A stretch of DNA of 64,000 nucleotides, taken from positions 2,840,927-2,904,926 of the forward strand of contig MU053513.1 in NCBI GenBank assembly GCA_013239625.1, given 5' to 3'. Positions within the stretch are counted from its first letter, which is position 1. Each line of letters starts with the position of its first letter. Below are positions 14,190-27,738 of the stretch, piece by piece. The notes beneath the pieces were generated by a model. That model ran no database searches and had not been told where the DNA came from. It saw only the letters and a list, made by a program, of their open reading frames with translations. The position numbers and the translations under genes are program-made. This DNA comes from Lama guanicoe (lineage: Eukaryota).

Positions 14190-14650
14190 TTTATTCACTC
14201 ATCTATCAAATGTTTACAGAATACCTGTTGGAGTCAAACATTGTATCAGGTGCTGGGGAAACAAATACATAAGAGCTGGTATTCCCGTAAAGAGTATACG
14301 GACCATCTGGAGAGATTAGACATAAATGACAATAATGCATGGTAGAGATTGATGATTTTTATTTTTTTTTAAAGTCTAAATGCTATGGATTTTCAGAGGA
14401 AGAAACAGAAGTTCTAATGGAACAGGTAACATTTGATTTGGTCATAAAGGATTCATTTGTGTGCATGGTGATGGGAGGAAGTAAAATTTAGGCAGAAGAA
14501 GCAATTTCTGCAAAGGCATAGAAGCACGGCTATATTAGTAGTCACCCGTGTGAGGGGCAAAAAAGGCCTAAACTACAGCAGCAGCAGCAGCGGTAATGGT
14601 AGAAGAAAGAAAATGAGTTATTGTTGAGGTCATTTGAAATATCTACGGGC
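14190..14650 (-). mobile_element. L2 fragment (degenerate)
   Basis: TTATTCACTCATCTATCAAATGTTTACAGAATACCTG...CAGGTGCTGGGGAAACA, followed by L2-like purine blocks. Confidence 0.55.
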
Positions 14651-15004
14651 CATTTAGCTGAAAGAAGTAGAGTGAAAACAACACATCTGTTTGATATTTT
14701 GCTGGTAAACCACCACAATGCTAGGTCTGAGAGAAAAATGGAGATAAGGAAAGTCCCTGTTCTTAAAAAGTGTATTGTCTAAAGAGAGAAATGGGCAAAT
14801 AAAGAAAGTAAGACCCTAGTTGAATTCTTAAAAACTTCAGGGCACCATGCTTAACCAGACGAGGAACAGGGCATGGTCACAATATTGGGATCCAACTACA
14901 GGTTGATTATCAAGGCTATTTGGGAAATACCTAATCTTTACTTATGTATTTCTCTGACTCAAGGGACAATGGAATATTGTTCCTGCATTCAAAGCAGTCT
15001 CAAA

Positions 15005-15145
15005 TAGCGCAGTTCAAAGTGTCATCTGCAGAATAATAGCACTGGCCTGGCCTGGGAACTTGTTCAAAATGCAAATTCTCAGGCTTTATTCCAGATCACC
15101 TGAAACAGCAGGTGACTGTATTCATGTTAAAGTTTGAAAAGTACC
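15005..15145 (+). mobile_element. MER5A-like fragment
   Basis: TTCAAAGTG...CCTGGGAACTTGTTCAAAATGCAAATTCTCAGGC...AAAGTTTGAAAAGTAC. Confidence 0.6.
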
Positions 15146-18100
15146 ATACTAAAACAAAACAAAACAAAACAAAACCAAAAAAAACCCTACTGTACTGATC
15201 TAGAGGACCCATTCTTTAGTTAAAAAAAAAAAAAGCTAAAGAGGGAAATCCATTTAGAAGGTCAGGAATACTACGTCTAATAAAAAATCTCTTATTTTTA
15301 TTTTAGAGAAGCAAAAATTCAACAAACACGTGTAGAGCTCCTACTACATCTGAGATACTACGCAAAGTATTCTGAAATGGTTGTCCAAGCAATTAACAAT
15401 CTGGTAGTACTGATGGACACAGAGAATGAAAACTTTCAAAAAACTCAACTCTGTCTTAAGAGTCAAGGCATGCAAGAATTGAGAAAGAAAGAAAGAGACT
15501 GCCCCTGGTATATACTGTTCATGGACAAGTGTACCACCATTTTTAATTTTCTTGATTTTGATCTAAACCTGAAGAGAGACAAAGATAGTTCAAAAAAAAA
15601 GGAGAGGAGAAATCCGAATTATAGGAAATCAACTGAAGAGATAAATCTCATGACTTAAAGTAAATAAATAAAAAATACTAATTTTAAACAAATGAATGAA
15701 TAAGTAAATAAGTAGGAAAAGAAAAGAAAAAAAAACCTTTGAAGCCTTTTTGAAGTTTTAAAGTATAGATATACTCTAATGAGGTGTCTAATTTAAGGTC
15801 TATTGGTCTTTGAGTTTCACACCCTTTGCAATGTTCAAAAGCCTTTATACTGAGTAAATGTTCAGCATCACTGTGTACTGGGACTTGCTCTCTGCACAGC
15901 ATCATCTGGCTATGTGTCTAGCCGTTATGTCAAGTTGCATCCCCAGGTCCAGGAGAGCCTTACTTTCCTAACTACTGGTCTTATTTCTATGACTACCGGT
16001 AGCCTGCACAGCCTTCATTTTTTTTTAATACTACAGTGAGCCATCTTGTCAAATATAGTTTCACCTAGTGTGTGTGTGTGCGCACGCGTGTGCCCCCTTG
16101 CACCCATGTAAGTATTTTTAAACACGACAGGTCAGTACTGATATCTTGATAAATTGCAAACATTCCTTCACCTCCTATTATTAAAACAGATACTTCCCTC
16201 TTCTTTATTGAATTTTAAATTTCCAGCCCATGTATATTATAGAGGAGGCCTAATGGAGGTCACTAGATGCCATCATGAATAATGGGAAAAAGGAAGTCCC
16301 TTGTTTCCCAATGCTTGTTAGCATGAAAACACAGCCCTGGATGCCTTATTATGCTTTTTGACTCAGAAGTCCTATGGGTCTGCCCATGACTGCTGTGTGA
16401 ACTCATTGTTCCTGCCAAATACATCAGCTGGGATGGGAACATTAATTCATTTTAACAGAGGTGTGTCAACATTTCTCCTGAAAAAGCGCTGAGATGCTGT
16501 ATTTGCAGTCTGTCTTCAAAAAGAAGAAAAAAGAGAAAATACTGTTTTCCATATGTGTTCTTTCAATACAAGAATTTTTCTGTTTGGCCTATTTTCTCTT
16601 GGTCCAGGTTTGCCTGAGGTTAGTACCTATTCTTTCTGAGTTAGAAATAACTAGACATCTTTGTTTTTAGAGTCCAGGTAGAGTAACAGTACTTCTTTGG
16701 GTGACCAGGCATGTGCCTGTGTATCATGGCAGACTCTCTGGCTAGTGCAGTTTCTGGTTTTGTTTTTGTCCCTCCACCTTGCTGCACTGCATTTGTTGAG
16801 TCAGTTTGCCTGCCCTGTGTCTCAAAAGAGGGGTCTCTCAGAGCTCCCATATTCTCAAGAGAGAGACCTGAAACCTCCTTCCACTCTAGGAACTACTAAG
16901 GGTTTGCAAACCTAAGGCATGTGGGCCAAATTAATCCCTAAGATCGATCATACAGCAGTACAAGAAACTTCCAAAACAGCCAAAGCTACAATAGTGAAAC
17001 GAAGACTGCACTTAAAACCCATGCCGATGACAAAACCATCCCCAGGAGAAGGCAGTGAGAAACAACACATCACTGATTTCTTCTTCTCTTGGTAAGATGG
17101 AGCGAGCGGGAATGGATGGAGCACGCGGGCAAAGATTAGTCATGCGGCCATCTTGATATTTACCAGCTTCCCATTTTGACAGTGTTTTCTGAAAGTGACT
17201 TTTGTGTTTCCTGTTTCCTAATGATCCTTAAAAGTAACTCTCTCCCTTTACATCCTTTGCACCTGAAGTAGTAATGCCTTGAAATATTGATCTATTTGAA
17301 GCTGGCTTTCATTAATTTCATCCATCCCTGAGGGCAGAGCCACACTGGTACCAGCTAATGAAGACCTATTCAGGGCAGCCCAGGGCCTTTTATCAGCCCT
17401 GAATTTGCTTCGTGCTTTTAATGGGAACTATAGCTTTCTCAATTATTACATAATTAAATAATGTGCCTGCATTTGCCAACGTATTTCTAAAGTGGGATGC
17501 AAGTTGCAACTGCCTATCCACCCATAGGGAAGCAGAACATCTCACACAGGCTCTGTTGCTTTTCCAGGTGAGTAACATTTGTTTTGCATCTGTACATGGC
17601 CAGGCATAAAATCACATTTTTCAAATGTTGCGTGTGCCACTGTCAGCCCTACAGCACCTCTAGGGTATTTCAGTCTTAAGATGTATTAATGCAAATGTGT
17701 AAGTGGCAGCAGGCTGGTATTATTTATGCATACCAATCATTCAAAGGGGGAAAAGTGATTTGTTTTGGTCCAAGTTATTTTAAATATAAGATCATTAATT
17801 CCAAGGGTTTCTGGTTTTTTGAAGGTTGCTGTTTCCCAGAAAAAAATTTGCTAAGTGAAAATATAAAGGTGACCACTGCCCAAAGTACCTAGAATTCCAA
17901 AGAAACTGGGACCCAGAAGATGAAGAGAGAAAGGGCAAGTAGCCTCTCTTTCTGTTCTCCCAGCCTTTCCCACAAGGTCAGCCTTTCTAGTTGACAAGCC
18001 AAATAATTTTAGTTGGTAACTGATAAGAAAGCAAACGAAAAATCATTTGGTTTGAAGAAGTCTTCCAGTATGCTTATGAGTTAGTCTAAAACTTATTCTA

Positions 18101-18759
18101 AAAAATTTAACACACTATGTATTTCTTTTACTACTTCATGTTTTCTCAATAAGGAATCCCTTAAGATAAAAATTAAAACCACTGGAAAAAATAAAAAGAT
18201 ACCCACCTTAAATGGAGGAGGAGCTTATCATTTTAAAAAGGGATTTTGACAATTTGAAGAAGCAAGCTGAGAGGCAAAATTTTCTTTAAGGATCTCCATT
18301 TAATCATTTTCCTAATATGAATCACTTTAATTACTAGGGACACAATTTTTGAAAGAATTCTATAAGTTATACATCACAATGGTGACAAACGTCTCCATTA
18401 AAAACCTGATGATGAAAATGAGCACTTGCTAAAAGGTTCCCAGAAGTGCAGGCAAATCAACCAAAACAGCTTTACAACAAACGTCAAATTACACGGACAG
18501 TCCTTTTTGCTATCTCTTTCATGACTGCAGTGACGTATACCACTTAACTCACTCCTGTTTACTTAGGAGAAATATATTTCAGTTCTGTTGGGATATACCA
18601 GCACACACTTTGTGAGTGTGGACCCACATGAATGCTTGCATTAAAACATCTTTGATGAGAAATAACCTTAAAATGTTTACAGTGATCACATTGCTGATCG
18701 TGCTTTTATTCTAAGAGGGTTGTGCTTATGTTGTGGGATGAAGCAGATGAGTATTTATA

Positions 18760-20245
18760 TTGGTGTCTCTAGCTCCTGTGATTGTCAGTGGAGCAGAAAG
18801 AAGAACAGATACAAAATAGATGAGGTAAAATAAAAACCTCGTAGCCCTGCATTTGAATTGGAAGTTTCAGTTTGAACTCATAATGCCTTTTACCAACATA
18901 ATGACTTTAAACAATATATAAGGCATTGTTTATATACTAGCTCTCTCCAATGAAAAGATCAAGAAACAAAGACCAACTCAGTAGCAGTGAGCACCTGTAG
19001 TGCCAAGATCATATTCTTATAACTACTGAAAGGATCAACATCCTTTGAAAAAAATGTCTGAATCCAGCTATGCATCAAAATACGTACAAGAATAGCCTGA
19101 AACATCCTATAATACCAGGAAGCAGAGAAGAATTTTCTTTACAAGACTTTGTTTTATGAGACTACTAAAGACATGTCAAGAGGACTCAAAAGTCAACTTG
19201 AAGAGGTTCCCACAGCTCAAAATAGGACAATCTGAGCATAAACACATAATTTTAATGAATTAAAATACTTTAAACATGTTTAAATATATAAGTCAATATG
19301 TAAATATTGAAAATAATAAATTTACTGGCCACTTTTGAAAGATGATAAGAAGCTAATATCTCAAAACTAATAAATAAAGGGAAAGAACTGGTACTATCTT
19401 CTATATCATGGTAACTAAACAGTTAATGAGAGTGAGTTTATCTTGTAAAGTGAATCAGCTAATAAATGAAAAAGAAATGATGAAATGTCACCATGTTGCA
19501 ACCTCTAATGAATTACTGAATCTAGACAATGATCATTAATGACTGCTAAGATAAAAAGAGAGAAAGCTAGACAGTCTTCATCCTGACAGAAGTATCACCT
19601 AATAGTCTAGATGATATTTTTAAAAAATTGGACCTGAATCCAATAAATCTTCAATTTAGAGATACCAGTGTAGAAGAGGTATCATGGGGGCGCAATCAGC
19701 AAAAATCTCGATTGTGGAAAGCTCCATAGGGCAAATGACTAGGCTTTTTCAATAATAAAGAGAGAAAGAGTGAGAGAAAAGAAGCCATAGGTTAAGAGGA
19801 GTATAGGAGATACATCAATCATTTGTAATGTATAGACCTCATGCTAATCCTGATTTGAACAATGTATGGACCTTATGCTAATTTTGATTCAAATTAACTT
19901 AAAAATATTAATGAGTTCACTGGGGAAATCTGAAAACAGACTCTATAATGTCATTAAGAAAGTATGCTGATTTTTATGCAGGACAATGGCATTGTGATTA
20001 CTTTTAAGAATCTTTATCTTTCGGAGATACATGCTGAAATATTTAAGAATGAAATAATATGATGTCCTGCATTTGCTTCAAAATAATCCTTGGGGAGGGA
20101 GAAAGTGTGTAGAGGTATAGATGGAAGCAGATTGGCTATGAGTTAATAATTATTCAATCTGAGCTGTGGATATACAGAGGTTCATTACAGCATTAGTCTC
20201 TCTACTTCATAAATTTGACATTTTCCTTCATAAAAATTTAAAAAA
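18760..20245 (+). mobile_element. Old L1 3'UTR (L1MC-type)
   Basis: CCCTGCATTTGAATTGGAAGTTTCAG...AGTAGCAGTGAGCACC...GATACATGCTGAAATATTTAAGAATGAAATAATATGATGTC...TTTGCTTCAAAATAATCC...GGTTCATTAC..., ending in an A-rich tail. Confidence 0.8.
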
Positions 20246-22336
20246 TATTCTTGTTTGAAATTTGGCAATGAGTATTAGGTCACAATAGGAAATCTTTAGA
20301 CAATGAAATCCACACAGCTAAAGATAGGGTATAGACTTAAACTATAGTGGAGATAGTAGCCCTTGAGGTCATTTTGATCAACCTTTCTCCATCCAACCAG
20401 ATTTGTACCAAAACTATCCATTCTGTTCACATCTATAACACTAGTATAGTTGTCTTCTTCGGTCCAGTTGCAGTACCCAGTGAAGCACCAGACAGGATTA
20501 GGCTCGGTGAAGAAAACAGCAAGAAAGCATCATAAAATCGTTTTGGCTTTTTTCCCCTACTTTTATTTTGGTAACTCTACCAATTGAATGATACCTGCAA
20601 ATTAATTTTAGCACGTGAGCTTTTTCCCTCTGCACAAACAGCTTTCTTCTTCACAGCCGGAAGGAAAAGGAATCTCCAAAGCTACTCTCTCCCAGCACTT
20701 GTACAATCCACACGTCTGTGACGACAATATCGTCTCACTGAAAGCTCATGGCAAAAGCCAGTATGATAGAAACACACGGGAACACAACGGTATGCTAAGC
20801 TCTTCTCTGATACCCCAAAATGATTCTAAGGCTTATAGCTCTGACTAGGGGATACCCTGAGGGCTAACTATTACTAATGAAAAACCAAGTATACCTAATT
20901 AATTGCATTGCTCTGGGCTAGTGAGAGGCCAGGAATTTCCAAATCCACTTGAGAATGGTCATATTTATATAGAATGGTGCTACATGCGAGAATATTTCTT
21001 TGAAACATTACCTTCTCCTTTTATCCCTACTGCCCATCTCTTTGGACAGCTTGTGTTACAACAATTCAAATCTAACCACTGGGATTCGTCCTGCTAACAG
21101 TAAAGCAGAAGGGGCCAATACCATGGCTATTTCTGTCTTGCATTTCATTAGAAGCTATGCATTTTTGGTGCTCAGAAGTAGAAAACACTAAATTCAACCT
21201 ACATTATCAATAGAAAAGTTGGTCTAGATAGGATTTTAAAGTAATTACCAGCAATTAAATTATCCCCAGAGACATCAGGAACTCCCCATCCCAAGCACAT
21301 ACCCTAATATACTTAAAAGTTTAAATCTGATAATGATGAAGAATAAAAGATACACATTTTGAGGCAATAAGAATGTTAATATTAGAATTATGGCCAATGA
21401 TCAATTTATCCATGGTATTACACAAAAAAGCAAAATTCACCAGTAATTCAAAATTTTAGCAATCAGTTTCAATATTTTCCTTCAGCAATTCTTTATTAAG
21501 AACTAGATATATGAACTAAGATAGACTGATTTATAATTTCATTTCTCTCTCATATGCTGGTTACCTTTCTAAAGAGGAAGGAAAAATGGCCAGCCACAGA
21601 GTTATGTGGGAGATGAGGAGGATGAAGAGGGGGCAGGGGGAGGGCAGGAGTAGGAGCAGGAGAAGAAGGCGGCGAGCAGGCCTGGAGAAAAGGAAGTGGG
21701 AAAGGCAGTTTACAGAAAACGATGTAATGGAAAATGTAAATTGGTTTTTAGATAATTGAGTGAATAGTACATATTTCTCATCTCACTTTAAGAATCCACT
21801 GTTAATGATTTTAGGTAATGCATGATTTCAGCATGGTATTCTGCCTAACATGTTAAATGCTAAGTTACGGTGTTCAGGATCCTAGGGTCGATTTGCATGC
21901 AAGAAGCTATGCAACCTCCCTAGAGAATCAATGGCCTGTTCTTATTGTGGTCTCAGTAAATATTTGCCACAACTTCCAAAGGAGTTTAGGTCCTAAAGTT
22001 CCTTAATATTTCTACCTTGAAACAGAAATGTGTAGACTTCTTCCGGCTAAAATCCAATTTAATCAATAGCAAGTTGAGCTAAATTAGAACAAACCTAAAA
22101 ATACCTTGGGAAACATCCAGTGCCTTTTGGAGCCTCGAGCCTATCAAAATGGAGAGAACAGAAGGCAGTGTGGGTGGAATAAATGGGGCCTCGCTGCTGG
22201 CTCATCAAGTAATCATAATAGTCAAAAACATGTAACAATCGGGTTGAAAAATAACTCTGTTCATTTGATCGCTGGCAAAAGAACTCAGCAGAGATTTAGC
22301 ATAAAAGACAGTAAGGCTGCTTCTCAGAGGACTCAC

Positions 22337-22746
22337 CTGTCTTTCCCAGTTTCCTTCTTGAACACTCCGTCACAGTAACTCATGCGCTTCTCTGTGGTCA
22401 CGTAGATTTGGGCCTTCGGATAGAGGTCCACAGTCTTTTTCAACATGTTGTAAACAATGCCATTGCCGTCTTTCCTCATGTTGCGGAAAGGGCCCCAAAT
22501 AACGTAAATCGTAGCGTTTGCTTCCTTGAAAAAATAATCAGGGTTTTTCAGCAAAAGAGGAACGCTGGTGTGGGATACAACTCGAATCATCGTCATGCGG
22601 CCAACGTCTTCTTCGTAGCCCTTGGTGGGGGCATTGTTCATTCTCCAAATGCAGGAGGATTGATCTATCTCGTTCCCCACCTTCTGGCCAACCATCTGAC
22701 CTGAGTTTGACACTATCGCACAAAGGTTGCAGTCCAGCTGCAAAGG
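22337..22746 (-). CDS. ST6GALNAC3: Internal coding exon (probably exon 3) of alpha-N-acetylgalactosaminide alpha-2,6-sialyltransferase 3 (GT29), containing sialylmotif L
   Basis: Translates to PLQLDCNLCAIVSNSGQMVGQKVGNEIDQSSCIWRMNNAPTKGYEEDVGRMTMIRVVSHTSVP...FKKETGKDR, which I recognise as ST6GalNAc III. Acceptor ...TTTCTATTTTTCAG|CCT at 22747/22746 and donor GACAG|GTGAGT at 22337/22336. Length 410 nt, phase 0 to phase 2. No other exon of the gene recognised in the window. Confidence 0.96.
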
Positions 22747-22798
22747 CTGAAAAATAGAAAGAGAAACAGGGCAGGAGGGAGAAACACGTAAGTTAGTA
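22747..22798 (-). promoter_or_regulatory. 3' splice-site region: TACTAAC branch point, polypyrimidine tract and CAG acceptor
   Basis: Minus strand reads TACTAAC TTACGTGTTTCTCCCTCCTGCCCTGTTTCTCTTTCTATTTTTCAG with no intervening AG. Confidence 0.85.
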
Positions 22799-23620
22799 AA
22801 TTCCACCTCTTCAAACAAGTTTCTCTGGGAAAACAGAAAATCCCATTGTGCATAATACTGAGTGCAGGAATACCTCTGAAATACGCACACCAGTCCTACA
22901 GTAGCTGCCACAGATTATCAAGCTCAGGGCATGCTTCCATTTAAAAAGTGAAGACATTGCTGAGAAATAATTTTAATTTCCATCTCCTTGTGTCGATTTA
23001 AAATTAAATGAAAAAAATTAGTCATTTTGTCCCCCACTCTAAATGATGACTTTTCATTCAAAACCATAACTTCAAATGAAGGAAATATGCAAAGATCTGA
23101 TCTTTTTGATAAGGATGGTGATGAAGAAGGAGGAGGAGAAGAAGATATCCAGCCATCAATTCTGTATTTTACTTATATGTATGAATGGTTATGTAGCAAT
23201 TGACAAAGAGGTGAAAAATTTAGCAAATGATGAAATTCTAAAAAAAGGTTTTCAGAGCCAAGAACTATGTAAGACAAGTTTCAGACGACCAAAACTATTA
23301 CAGAGACCCTTAAAAAATTCCCTTTCATCACCATGTTGACTGGTCTTTGTGGTTTTGTTTATTCTAGATCGATAAGGGAAGGCTTCTTTTAAGAACTCAG
23401 GGAAGGCATGCACAGAGATGGTCTCTAGAGCTGGTGTAACCACCATCCTCCTTTTTTTTAACCAGTGGCATAACAGAGACTCATAGAGATTAAACATCAG
23501 TTTTCAGGATTTGCAGATGATAAAGGTGCAGTGGTAGATCCAAACCTAGATGGAACTAACTTTAAACCCACTGCTCTTTCCGTTATTCCCCATGTGCTTT
23601 CCTCCCTAGCAAACCAAATA

Positions 23621-23786
23621 CAGTCCACCCTACGTGGATGGAAATACCACACCATCCAGGTTGGTTGAATCCGCGGATACAGAACCCTAGGATATGGAGG
23701 ACCAACTGCAAGGGAAGAGCATCTGCGGGTTTTGGCATCTGCGGGGGTTGTGGAACCAATCTCCTGTGGATGTGGAGGAATGACTG
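23621..23786 (-). mobile_element. MER2-like Tigger (TcMar) non-autonomous element, internally deleted
   Basis: TA|CAGTC...GACTG|TA termini. Minus strand starts CAGTCATTCCTCCACATCCACAGGAGATTGGTTCCACAACCCCCGCAGATGCCAAAACCCGCAGATGCTC. Confidence 0.8.
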
Positions 23787-24404
23787 TAAATTCCTTTTAC
23801 CACTTCCCTCCCACATAAAGAAAAATCAACCTGTTAAAATAGTGATAAAAGAGCTATGTGCTTTGTTCATAGCTTTGTTTATAATCTTTCTTATTTCCCT
23901 CCTATGAGATTCCACATTTTATATTTGACATTTGATCCTGGATTTTTTGGTGCCTATTGGTCAGTCGCCCCTTCCACACTGGGCATTGGTTGTGTTGCCC
24001 TTTAATTTATTGTTTAATTATGTCCGTCCACTACACAGTAAACTCTGTAAGAGCAGAGTCAATGTCTGCTTCATCATTTTAACACCACTCCCCAGAAGTC
24101 CCTGGAATACTACAGTAGCTCAACATATAGTGGTTAAGTTAGGAAATGAAAGCCATTTAATTAAAATAACTTTTAGGCCCCTGAACACTGAACTTAATAT
24201 TAGGGAGAAATGGACTTTTCCAATTCATCTAGAATTGCTGATTTAGTTGAAAAGAGAAAAGCAATCAGGAAGAAACATCAAAATACCAACAGGTTCAATC
24301 TATGTGGCTGAACTGAGTGACAGAGAGCCTCAGAAAAGTCACCAAGATAGTTATCACACAACTGTGGCAAATCATCTTTCCTACCAATGGTAGGGACCCA
24401 CCGT

Positions 24405-25020
24405 AGTTACTGAGCAGCTACTATGTGTCAGGCACTGTTCATAGAGTTGGGGATTTGGCTGTGAAAATTTTAAACAAATATCCCTGTCCTTATATGTTAC
24501 ATTCTAGCAGGCAGGGGGGCAATAGACAAATCTGCATAGTACATAATATGTGAGTGCTAAATAGGAAGAATTCAAGCAGGGAAGGAGGTGAGGATGCCTG
24601 TGTGTGACTATATGTGTAATGGTGGAGTGATTACAAAAAGTCTCAGGAAAAATATTTGAGGAAAGACTTGAATGAAGTGAGAGAACTTAAATGAAGTGAG
24701 TGAACTGTGAGAAGAGGCCACGGCCACAATCTCACCAAGAGACGATGGCAGCTTGGACCAGGTCAGGTAGCAGAGGAGGTGGCAAGATGCTGGTCACGTG
24801 CTGGGTATATTCTGAAGGTAGGACCTGCTGAGTTGATCAGCAGATAGAAGGTGGGGTCTGAGAGAAAGAGAGGACTTGAGGATAAGGTCAGATTTTTAGC
24901 CTAAGCAATTGGAAGGCTGGAGCTGCCTTCAACTGAGAAGGAGGCTTCAGGTGGAATAGAACCAGGAGAGGAAGATAGGAGTTCATTTACAGACCTGTTA
25001 GCTTTGAGATGCCTTGAACA
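24405..25020 (-). mobile_element. L2 fragment
   Basis: TTACTGAGCAGCTACTATGTGTCAGGCACTGTTC...GAGAGAAAGAGAGGACTTGAGGATAAGG...GCCTAAGCAATTGGAAGGCTGGAGCTGCCTTCAACTGAGA...TTTGAGATGCCT. Confidence 0.85.
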
Positions 25021-27423
25021 CAGACTCCTGCAGCAATGTCATAACAACACTACTTGAGGTGCTTTAAATTTTTTTTCTTGATTATTAAAGTAATATAGGC
25101 CTGTTGTGGAAAACTTGAAAAACACAAAAAAGAACTAAAATTCTCCATTTTTCCACCACTCAACAACTGCTACAATATTTCACAGTACTTCCTTCCTTCT
25201 AGACGCGTTGAGAAATATCATTTGTACCATTTGGTAACCTTGGCTTTTCATTTAATTTGACACCATTAAAATCGTCCTTAGAGATACTTTTAATATCTGC
25301 ACAATATTTCACTATATGGATGTACCATAATGTACCTATCTGAATATTGCTGGGCATATGAATTTTTTCAATTATGAAAAATGGCTTTAATGAACGTCCT
25401 TGTGTTTCCCATTGTATTTTGGATGCTAACAGACATTACATTAATTTAACTTTACTTTGATTTAGTTTTTATTGTACACTATAAATTATGCTAGATTGAC
25501 AAAGGTATCTGTTTACTTGAGATGTCAAAATTAACAATTTTGAAAAACTTAAACAGTCCACAATGGTCCATCTGTGAAGTGTCTTAAAACTCTGCTATGA
25601 AAGGGACTGTCCATCACTCCTGCTATAGTAAGATTTCTGAGCTAAGGGAGACAACAAGGTGATCCAGGCACCAGGTTAGAATAGGTGCTCTCGAGGTGGG
25701 TGAGTACGTTAGGGCACTTGGGGCTGAGGTTTTGTAGGTTGGTGCCATAGTGAATACTTCACCAATAGGCAAACCGAGGCACAAGAGGATGCCCATTAGA
25801 AAGGGGCATTGATCTAAGACCCTTCCTCATGCATCTAGAAGCCTATGATCTTTGGTGATGCTAAGGAAGAACACAATACTCTTCCTGCCAGGCAATTTGC
25901 AGCAGGGCCTGACATCCATCACACTTAGCTGAGTCCTCCAAACTCAGAGTCATGCAAATCAATGCCTGATTTAAATTTTGTGTCACAGGGCACACTCCAA
26001 CTTATCACCAAGATGCATGTGGTTCAGGGAGGTTAGGTTCCATTTACTGTCCCAAGAACTTGCTTCACTGAATAATGAAAACATTTTGGGGTGATGGCCT
26101 CCACAAATTAAAAAAAAAAAGAACAAAAAGAAAAAAAGAAAGATATGAAGAAAAAGCCTTGAATGTGTTCTGCTCTACATGTAGCAATTTACATTGGATT
26201 TCTGAGTCGTCGAAGTGAATTAGCTGGCTCTGCTGTAACAAGGCTTAATTTAACTAATAAGAATAAGCATACTGGTTTCACTTGACAATTGTAATCTCTG
26301 AAAGTGATCAATTAAGACATCACAATCTGTTTCATGACAACGTATCAGGATGCCAGCTGTGCAGATTATGAGGTCAGCAGCTGACTAACAACTTGAGGGC
26401 AAACATTGGGAACAATAGCCTCTTGTTTATGTAACGAATAAGGAATTGGGCAGAGTGCTATGAATGTAATGGCTTTGGGGGTAGGTGATCTTTAAATTGC
26501 CCCTTTCTTTTATACTATTCACTTGGCCAGATTGTCACCATGGCCAGGGTTGTAAGAAACTCCCACATGTTATACTGCGTGGTCTCAGTCCTGCCTCGCT
26601 GCTTGGCTTCCTGAGTGAGGTACCAGGAGACGTGGCTGCACAGGGTGACTGCTCTGTTTACCGCTTGGTTGCAAGAAATATCTTTACAGTATGACAGGAG
26701 TGCAGGGCTAGATGAATGGAACATTCCTAATCATAATCAGAAGCTTCAGGTAACGCAAAGAGCTTGCGAAAGCCTCAGGGACTCATTTGTACGTTTGAAG
26801 GCACCTTCAAACTACAGGAAGCCATAATAAAAAGAAAGATGTACCTGGGCACAGATAGATGGTTTGACCCAAGAGCTGCTCTTATCTGGTTATCTCAGTT
26901 CCTTTTATTAGCTTTATCGCTGCATCTTGTGATCTCGACTTTCTTTGTTAAAATGTCCTGCTGTTTCTTGAGCTCGTTTATGTTATTTGATTTGGGGCCC
27001 TTGCTTGAAAATTTATTCCATATGTGTCCACGCACTCAGTTCGGCCTCAGTGAGCAGTTTCTTTTTAGATTGAGGCCCTGGATTTTCCGAGACCGTTGGA
27101 AAGATTTATCTGGCTCCACTTTATCAAGCCCTATCTTAATTTTGAATTCTCCTTTTCAGTTGACTTGTCCCTATTTTCCTTTTTCTCTCTATTAAAAACA
27201 AACTTGACCTTTTTGTCTTTTCCTCTTGTACACGCAAAACATCATCAAGCCAAATGCTTTGCTTGGGCTTGGGCTGTGTCTATAAACTGAGATCACCACA
27301 AACGTTCAGCCGACCCTGTCTGGGAAAGCGTTTCCCCATCAAGAGAAAGCTCACAAATGTCAAACACCTCCTTTTATCTGAAGTCTAAGATACTGATTTT
27401 TTTTCAATGGTAACATCATTATA

Positions 27424-27738
27424 CAGGCATACCTTGTTTTACTGGGCTTCGTTTTATTGTGCTTCACAGATACTACTTTTTTTAACAAATTGAAGGTTTG
27501 CATCAACCCGCACTGTCAGATGATGGTTAGCGTTTTTTAGCAATACAGTATTTTTAAGTTAAGGTATATACTTTTTTTAGACATAACGCTATTTCACACT
27601 TAATAGACTACAGTATAGCATAAACATAACTTAAATGTACTGGGAAACCAAAAAAATTTGTGTGTCCTGCTTTACTGCGATATTCACTTTACTGAAATGA
27701 TCTGGAACTGAAACTGCAGTATCTCCAAGATTTGCCTT
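27424..27738 (+). mobile_element. Tigger1-derived non-autonomous element (~315 bp internal deletion derivative)
   Basis: TA|CAGGCATACCTTGTTTTACTGGGCTTCGTTTTATTGTGCTTCACAGATAC...ACAAATTGAAGGTTTG...CTGGGAAACCAAAAAAATTTGTGTG...ATCTCCAAGATTTGCCT. Confidence 0.88.

Noticed and set aside
16068..16092. Alternating purine-pyrimidine tract (Z-DNA-like)
   Set aside because: Short and common; no supporting context.
21605..21660. G-quadruplex candidate
   Set aside because: Only three closely spaced runs of three or more G; the fourth is about 18 nt away. Low-complexity purine tract.
22408..22723. 98-aa + strand ORF and 61-aa alternative-frame ORF over the exon
   Set aside because: Shadow ORFs of the real coding exon with no independent support.
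22747..22911. N-terminal 55 aa of the 192-aa track ORF
   Set aside because: Lies upstream of a canonical acceptor, covers the branch point and pyrimidine tract, and starts at a non-ATG codon; intronic open frame.
26764..27195. 143-aa hydrophobic ORF
   Set aside because: Non-ATG start, T-rich composition, no recognisable domain or exon structure; likely chance. A homology search would settle it.
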